From contig OZ024741.1 in the NCBI GenBank assembly GCA_964016885.1, positions 185,628,001 through 185,692,000 on the forward strand: a stretch of 64,000 nt of DNA. Reading direction: 5' to 3'. Positions 57,549-64,000 of this stretch are shown piece by piece (position 1 is the first letter of the stretch; the number at the start of each line of letters is the position of its first letter). The translations under genes and the position numbers were made by a program. The notes beneath the pieces are model-generated. The model was not told where the DNA came from. It made no database searches and was given only the letters and a program-made list of their open reading frames with translations. Source of the stretch: Eledone cirrhosa. Taxonomy: Eukaryota.

Positions 57549-58321
57549 GAGAGAGATGAGTGTGTACGTGGGTGAGTATGCGACAGTGAGTGTGAGTGTA
57601 TGTTTGAATGTGTGTGACATGCTTTAGATATAACTGTGTAAATCTGTATGATTACCTGGTGGAAAATTAAATTAGCTTGAGATTTCAAATCGCATGATAT
57701 TTGACGTTTCATATAATTTCTATTTCATTACTAACAATTATATAACATACCAGTTATCTACATATGACATTTATTATGAAAACTTAATAGCATACCTTCA
57801 TCTTTCCGTTTTTGAAGTCAGAGGAGTGAGGGGCTGAGAAGATTCCACACAATTTCAGATTTTATTGACATGTACGTTCCGAGTTCAACTAGCCTTGAAG
57901 ATTAATTTTTCGTATGCAGTTTTAGAGGTTTGTGCCAGTAGCAGCAGCATTCGTCCCCGTGCGATATCAATTGTGAAGATAGTCGATTGTCAGAACCGTT
58001 AGAATGTAATTTGTGGTAGGTAATTGCGATCTGAGTTCAAATATTTCAATGTTCGACTATTTGTCATTCCCGATCCGATAAGATATATTTCTTTATTAGC
58101 CACAAGGGCGCACAAGAAAAGGGGACAAAACAAGGACACATGCCGGGGATTTTACATACAATCATGTAAAAATATGAAACAAACAAATATAACAATCGAA
58201 ATCCCCAATAGGGAGGAGGCGCTACAAATGGGTTGTTTAATACCCTGTAGATAGAACAACCCTCAACTTCAAGAGCGTGTTGTGTAAGTGATCCTTTGTT
58301 CCTTTTGCTCTCTTCTTCAAC

Positions 58322-61300
58322 CTACAGAGAAGGCTCAATCACTCGGGCCATTTTTGCCACATTCATCCACCATTCAGTAAATTTACTGGGGTGCAGTGCC
58401 TCACTTTCCACTCCGATTCTCCTTCTAAAGTGGTACCTAAAGAAGGGAATGAGTTGTCGTCCGGAGAGAAAGGCATCTGTCCTCAGTCCTCTCAATCTTG
58501 TCCACCATATAACCTCTTTCACAATAGCCACTATACAGAGGAAAACCGCCTCTCTTTCGTTTTTAAATAAAGGTGGTGGTTTGATCCTTACAATGGACTC
58601 GGCATTCAACTGGATTTGCCCATACCCGACAGCAGTTGTTCTGCGTAGTTCCACATGTCGGTGACGCCCGGGCAGTGTACCCATTGCGTGCAAGACGGTT
58701 TCAATGTCCTGCCCGCATCTTGGACTCGTTCTCTTGGAAGAATCCATGCCGGGGCGGCCGTGCCTGTAGATCTTGTCACGAACTGGTAGAGCTCCTCGGT
58801 AGCACTGCCAGGCCAGGTACCTCTGGAAGTTGCCCATAGGACCAGGGCGGAAAGTCCTACCAAACAGACTGGGGAGTTCGTCGTCTTCGACGCCTAGAGT
58901 CTCTCCGAGCATGTCGACACCCTTCAGACGTACTAAACTTCTATAGAATATCGAAGTGGAGTCTCCACTGATTGCCGTGCCCGTTTGACAGAGGACTGTG
59001 TGCGCCTGGGCGCATTCAATGTGCCAGGCGCCTATCTTATTCGGTCTTCGCTTGACCCAGAACTGCAGCTCCATCAGCGAGACAAATTGCAGGAAGGCCT
59101 GTCTCACAAACGTTGGCCGCACCGGTTGGGGGTTGGTAAGGAATACCTGTAGATTCCGTAGCCTCGGCGCATGCTTGCGCATCATCAGCCACGACATTCC
59201 CAGACCTCCGTTGGAGGGGTGCTGACAGCAGACGGATCTCCGCACCAGTAGAGCCTGCTTCTTCCAAAGGAATTGGAAGAGCATGTGTTCCATCTTGGTG
59301 AAGTGTTCACGGGACAAGGTAAGACGGTCAAGCGATAGTATTCGCCACCTCCGCTCGACCATTCAAGGATATTTTGCAGTCTGCCCGCTTCTGGGTGAGC
59401 GCAAATACCTTGGCCGCAACCTCGTTCCAGTTTTTCTCCACCTGGAGGTCCGGATCGAACCAGACCCCAAGCAATTTCACCGGTCCGTCCGTCCAGCGTC
59501 CGACGACGTTGTCGGACGACATCGCTTTGCCTCTCCACGTTACGACTTGCAAACCGACAGACTTGTCCGTGTTCAGTTTTGCTCCTGTGAGATTTTCTTT
59601 TTCCTGCAGTGAGTTGCCGATCGCCCCGATTTCAGAGGTTTCCGAACCATTACAGTCACGTTGTCGGCATAAGCCGACGCCACTTTCCGCGGTCCCGGTT
59701 CCAACGGGATGCCGTTAGCTGCTCAAACTTCCGCAGTAATGGCTCTAGAGTCAGTACGTACAGAATGGAGGAGAGACGGCATCCGTGCCGGATGGAACGC
59801 GTGATTGCGAACGGCTCCGATAGGTAACTATTCACCTTGACCATCGAGCAGATGTTGGTGTGCATTGCGGCGATCCAGCCTCTGAAGACGGGTCCGAGAC
59901 CGGCCGCCTTGAGAACCGCTTCCATGTATCGATGGTCGACCCTATCGAACGTCTTAGACTGATCTAAATTGATCAGAGCCCCACCGAAGCCGGGTTTACA
60001 CCCCACCCTCCCTATGATGTATAACATGAGGGGGAGGTTGTCGTGTATGGACCTGGTCGGGATTGCACACGTTTGCGCTTTCCCTACCAGTTTCTCGCCG
60101 ACAAGCGCCAACCTCGTTGCCAATACCATGGCCAAAATCTTTAACTCTGTGTCGAACAGAGTTATGGGCCTAAAGTTGCTTAGTTCGTCCCCCTTGTTCT
60201 CGTCTTTCCTGATCAGCGTTTCTAGCCCCTGCCTGCAGAACTAGGAATTCTCCCGTTCTGCTGCCAGTTGCAGTAGACGGCATTGAGGACGTCAGAAAAC
60301 AAGTCCGACATGCCTATGTAAAGCTCATAGGGTAGACTATCTAGACCGGGAGATTTGCGTTTCCCGCAGCGGCCCAGAGCTTCCCGTATCTCAGTGGCTG
60401 TGATCGGTCTTTCGCAGAACTCGGCGTCCATGCTCGAGAGACGTGGCAGGCTGTCGAGGTATGAAACGAAGTCCATTGCCCCGTTCAACGCACCGCCACT
60501 CTGCTCGAACAGTTGCGCAAAGTGCCGCTGAAAGGCCGCGCACATCCGCTTGGAGTCAAGTAGCACGCGTGTTGGTCTTTCAAAGACCCAATCGTCAATT
60601 GTTGGCACTTTTTGCCTCTGCCACTCGGGCGGGACTAGCTAACAGCTTTCGCTCCCTCGTTTCCTAGAGCACGTGATTTACTTCTGACCACGCAGCCTTC
60701 GTGTTTCGTTGCTAGCACTCTAGCTACGTTGCCATTCCTAAGCGCCTCCTCTACCTTGGCTACTAGTTCCGTTTCTGTTTTGTTTTTCTGTAAGGCTAAC
60801 TCTCTGCTAAAGTCTATCGACTCTACTCTAATTGCTTTCTTGAGGGAGTACCACCATCTATTGTTGACGATTGCTCCCGTCAATTGTTGCTTAACTAATC
60901 TACTTATCCGTTCACTGTAGGCTTTACGTGTAGATAGAGACACGTTCAGCTTCCAGTATCCGGGTCCTTGTCTATGTATTCTTTCACGTTGACTATGCAG
61001 ATGACCAGTTTGTGGTCTGAATAGGCAACCATGTGCATTTGTGGACAGCTTAACATCTTCTTGTCTCTCTCTCTAATAAAGAACCTGTCTAAATACGATC
61101 TAGATGTCCTGCTGCGGTGTGTCCACGTCCACTGTGGTGCAGTTGGGAAATCTAGTCGATACCAGTTGGAATTGGCAGATTAAATCTTTGAGGCTGTTGC
61201 ACCCCCATCTACTGGGACTTGATCCTACATATTCCCATCGTGTGTCTAGGATACCATTCCAGTCCCCCACTAAAAGCAAGGAGCGAGACGTTCTCAGAAA

Positions 61301-61683
61301 AGACTCCAGACGCTTAAAGAGGTCTGGCCGCGATTGCCCAGTCAGGGCATAAACGGCCACCAGTCTGAAGGCTCCACCTCCAACACTGTTAATGTCTAGG
61401 AGTACCAGTCTACCCTCCGGGTACAAGTGAACTTGCTGTACTTTGATTCCAGGTTTCGCCGAAACACGACAGACACTCCCCTTCAGCCTCCTAGCTGACA
61501 GAGAAATGCGTAGATCTCAAAGTCATTGAAGATGGGGGTTAGTTGCAGCCTGTTGTGGATCCTGGACTCGGTGATGGCTATCACATCCATACCATGTGAC
61601 CTAAGGTCGTTTAAAAGTTAGCCCTGTTTCCAGGGCATCCCTAGGCCACGTACATTCATGCTTCCAACTCATAAACTAGCCAT
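58322..61683 (-). pseudogene. LINE ORF2 pseudogene (APE endonuclease, reverse transcriptase, C-terminal domain)
   Basis: SMNVRGL start, EGRLVLLDI, VGDWNGILD, KSPGLDSLPYE, LDQSKTFDRVDH, IRHGCRLSSILY, GGLG; many frameshifts and stops. Confidence 0.92.
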
Positions 61684-61725
61684 GTTGGTGGAGAAGAGTT
61701 GGCGAAAAAGGACGAAAAGATGCAC

Positions 61726-62930
61726 TTACCTTTTCCTTTCCTGGAGATCGGGTTGTTCAATCTCCATTTGGGTGTTGGTTGGGGGGTTGAGTGGGGTGGG
61801 GAAACATTTTAATAGGACGCGGTTAATGGGTTTTTGACAGGGGTTGCCAACGTCCTGGGAAAATTGTTCTTTTAATTTCTGAAAGGTTTCTATCGAAACC
61901 CTTATCAGTTTTAAGTGTGGTTGAGAGCCTGCCTTGACAAAAGTTTTCCCCTCAGTTTCTACTTTGGGGTCTTGGGAGATAACCTCCATTAGGTTTTTGT
62001 TGTTTGTGTTAATGTATGTGTATTGTTGTTTGTTTTTTGTTATGTTGTTTTGGTTTGTTGTTCATTTTGTAGTTTTCTTTTTATGGTGGGCATTTATGTT
62101 TGGGGTGGTGTTGGTATTTGTTTTGCTGGCATGGGAGGGGGGTTGATTGTGGTGGTGTTTGTTTCATTGTTTGTGTTGGTGCTTGGGTTTTTATGTTGGT
62201 GATTGGTGTTTTTGTGGCTTTGCGGTGTTTCTTATTCTGTTTTTTTTTTATTTCCGAGGCTCTCCTTCATCTTCACTTGGGAATGAAGTAGCCCCTGATG
62301 AATCGTCATCAGTGGCGTATTGGAGGGGTATGTTGTGTGGTGATTGTGTGTTTGTGTGTGCGATTGTGGTAGTGTTGGATGGAGTGGGATGGGGTGGGAC
62401 TGTGTTTTTCCGGGGAATTTTTTGTTTTTCCTGTTGTTTGTGGTTGAGCAGTTGTTTGTTTTTGTGTGTTTGCTTGTTTTGTGTGATATTGTTGTTGTTG
62501 TGGTTTGGGAGTTGGTATTGGTAAAAGTACTTTTTGGGGGCGGTGGTGTTTGTTCGTAAGAGAGGACAGGAGGCCTTTAAATGCGATGTGCTTGCGCATT
62601 TAAAACAATGTGACCTCAGCCATTCAGCCGAAATGTGTATATAGTTTGTATTGTCTACTGGCACCCTTTCTGGTATCTTGGAAATTCTGTCCGGTTTCAT
62701 TTGGACCAAAATTTCCAAGCTTGTGCCGTTCCAGGTGTTTCTTGTGGATGTTTGAATCGACAGTATTGTGTCTTCATCCTCCTCCAAGAACCCTGCCAGA
62801 ATCCACTAGATGTTAATGTTGGGTGGTATATTGGTGTTGTTTATTTTTTGTGTTCTTTTTCCCATGTATGTAGGGTAAAAGGTGTGTGTGGCAGAGGTGA
62901 CTGGGGTCACTGGGTATTTTTTCGCAAGGG
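61726..62930 (-). pseudogene. LINE ORF1 remnant with zinc knuckle
   Basis: CFKCASTSHLKASC (CX2CX4HX4C) followed by a low-complexity T/N/Q/P region that ends just upstream of ORF2. Confidence 0.7.
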
Positions 62931-63774
62931 CCTCACTTTTGAAGAGCACCGAAATGCTGAATTAATCATGTGCTATATATGAAAATTATATTCAATTACG
63001 TCACTTTACGTTCCTATTTCGAATCTCACCAATCTTGATTTTACCTTTCATTCTCTCGGGGAAGATAAAATAATGTACTAGTAAAATACTAATTATCACC
63101 TAAGCAACTAATCTCTTTGTGCTCTGAGGTAAACGTTGGCTGCCATCTTTTCAGGATGGATAAAATGAAGCGCTTTTGTTTATAATAGTAAATTATTGCA
63201 AATATTATCTGTTAAGTCGTATATCGATACTTGGGTGATAGACGTAATCCACTTGTCATTGGGTGTATTTTCTGAAGATTTTGAACCAGTATTGCCATCA
63301 GTTTCAGGGTTCTTGAACATGGTAGGGAATACTAATATACCTCAGCTGACTAAGCTACTGAAAGATGAAATAAAATAAAGACACAAATGTGTAAATGATT
63401 TTGAATTAAGTGATAAAAATGCATATTCGAAAAAAGAAAGTATAAAGAAAGAAAAATGATAGAAAAATTGAAAGCAATATAAAACAAAGAAATAAATAAA
63501 GAAACTTTTAAATGGGTGGTTATTATGTACAGGAACTGAGAATAATTATATGCGTGAGAGGTGAAAGCTATCCACAGTGACAGCTTCTCACACCATTAAT
63601 TCGAAGCAACATCTGTATTTTGCATTTCATTTGCACGAGATAAATGAAATTAACGAAATAATATTAAATCTTTATATTTATTTTTTTAATATTTTAATAT
63701 TTATTATGTTAGAATAATGTTTTTTATCTAGAATTGATTTCACAACACATGTAATTAGAAATATTTCGCCACAG

Positions 63775-63990
63775 ATATTGGGAGGTAACGTTGTCACTTA
63801 TATCGATCTCCTGCATTTAACTAGTACTTATTTTATCCACTTCTAGAAGATGAAAGATAAGGTTAAACATGTAAATATATGTTTTATAAAACACAGAAGA
63901 AATTGGTGCTGGTCTGTTGACTTTAGCTTGGGAACGAAAAATCCTAGAAATTCCTTGCTGAGCCTGGCGTAATTGCCGCTTAGCAATTGA
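63775..63990 (-). mobile_element. Degenerate SINE family 2 copy
   Basis: ctagtacttattttatccacttctagaagatgaaagataaggtt resembles the family 2 core. A similar + strand remnant lies at ~63010-63085. Confidence 0.5.
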
Positions 63991-64000
63991 ATAAAAGTGA

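Larger units (their letters stand above)
58082..62930 (-). mobile_element. Decayed near full-length L1/Tx1-type LINE
   Basis: ORF1 with CCHC knuckle, ORF2 with APE and RT, and AATAAA at the 3' end (~58092-58097). The 5' boundary is uncertain. Confidence 0.9.

Overview
AT-rich, microsatellite-saturated animal genomic DNA. The SINE families suggest an octopod cephalopod (inference, not verified). I see no host gene, and nearly all short ORFs in the track are (TA)n/(CA)n/(TATG)n translation artefacts. The window is dominated by Penelope-like retroelements (PLEs) nested in (TA)n. There are two near-complete RT + C-terminal GIY-YIG elements: 31556-37826 with an intact 819-aa ORF, and a compound insertion at 41439-57473 with one premature stop, into which a Neptune-type PLE (46791-49206) has inserted. 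Many 5'-truncated or fold-back pLTR remnants are also present. Read by eye, these repeats carry roughly 30 complete or partial type I hammerhead ribozyme (HHR) motifs in at least seven sequence families. These include a 310-bp tandem retrozyme-like array (4231-5215), U4C and U3-A8 core variants, and an HHR family with a 95-115 nt stem II supported by covariation. Also present are an internally deleted mariner, a decayed full-length L1/Tx1-type LINE plus an older RT fragment, and two tRNA-derived SINE families. Coordinates were read by hand, so element boundaries may be off by a few to tens of bases.
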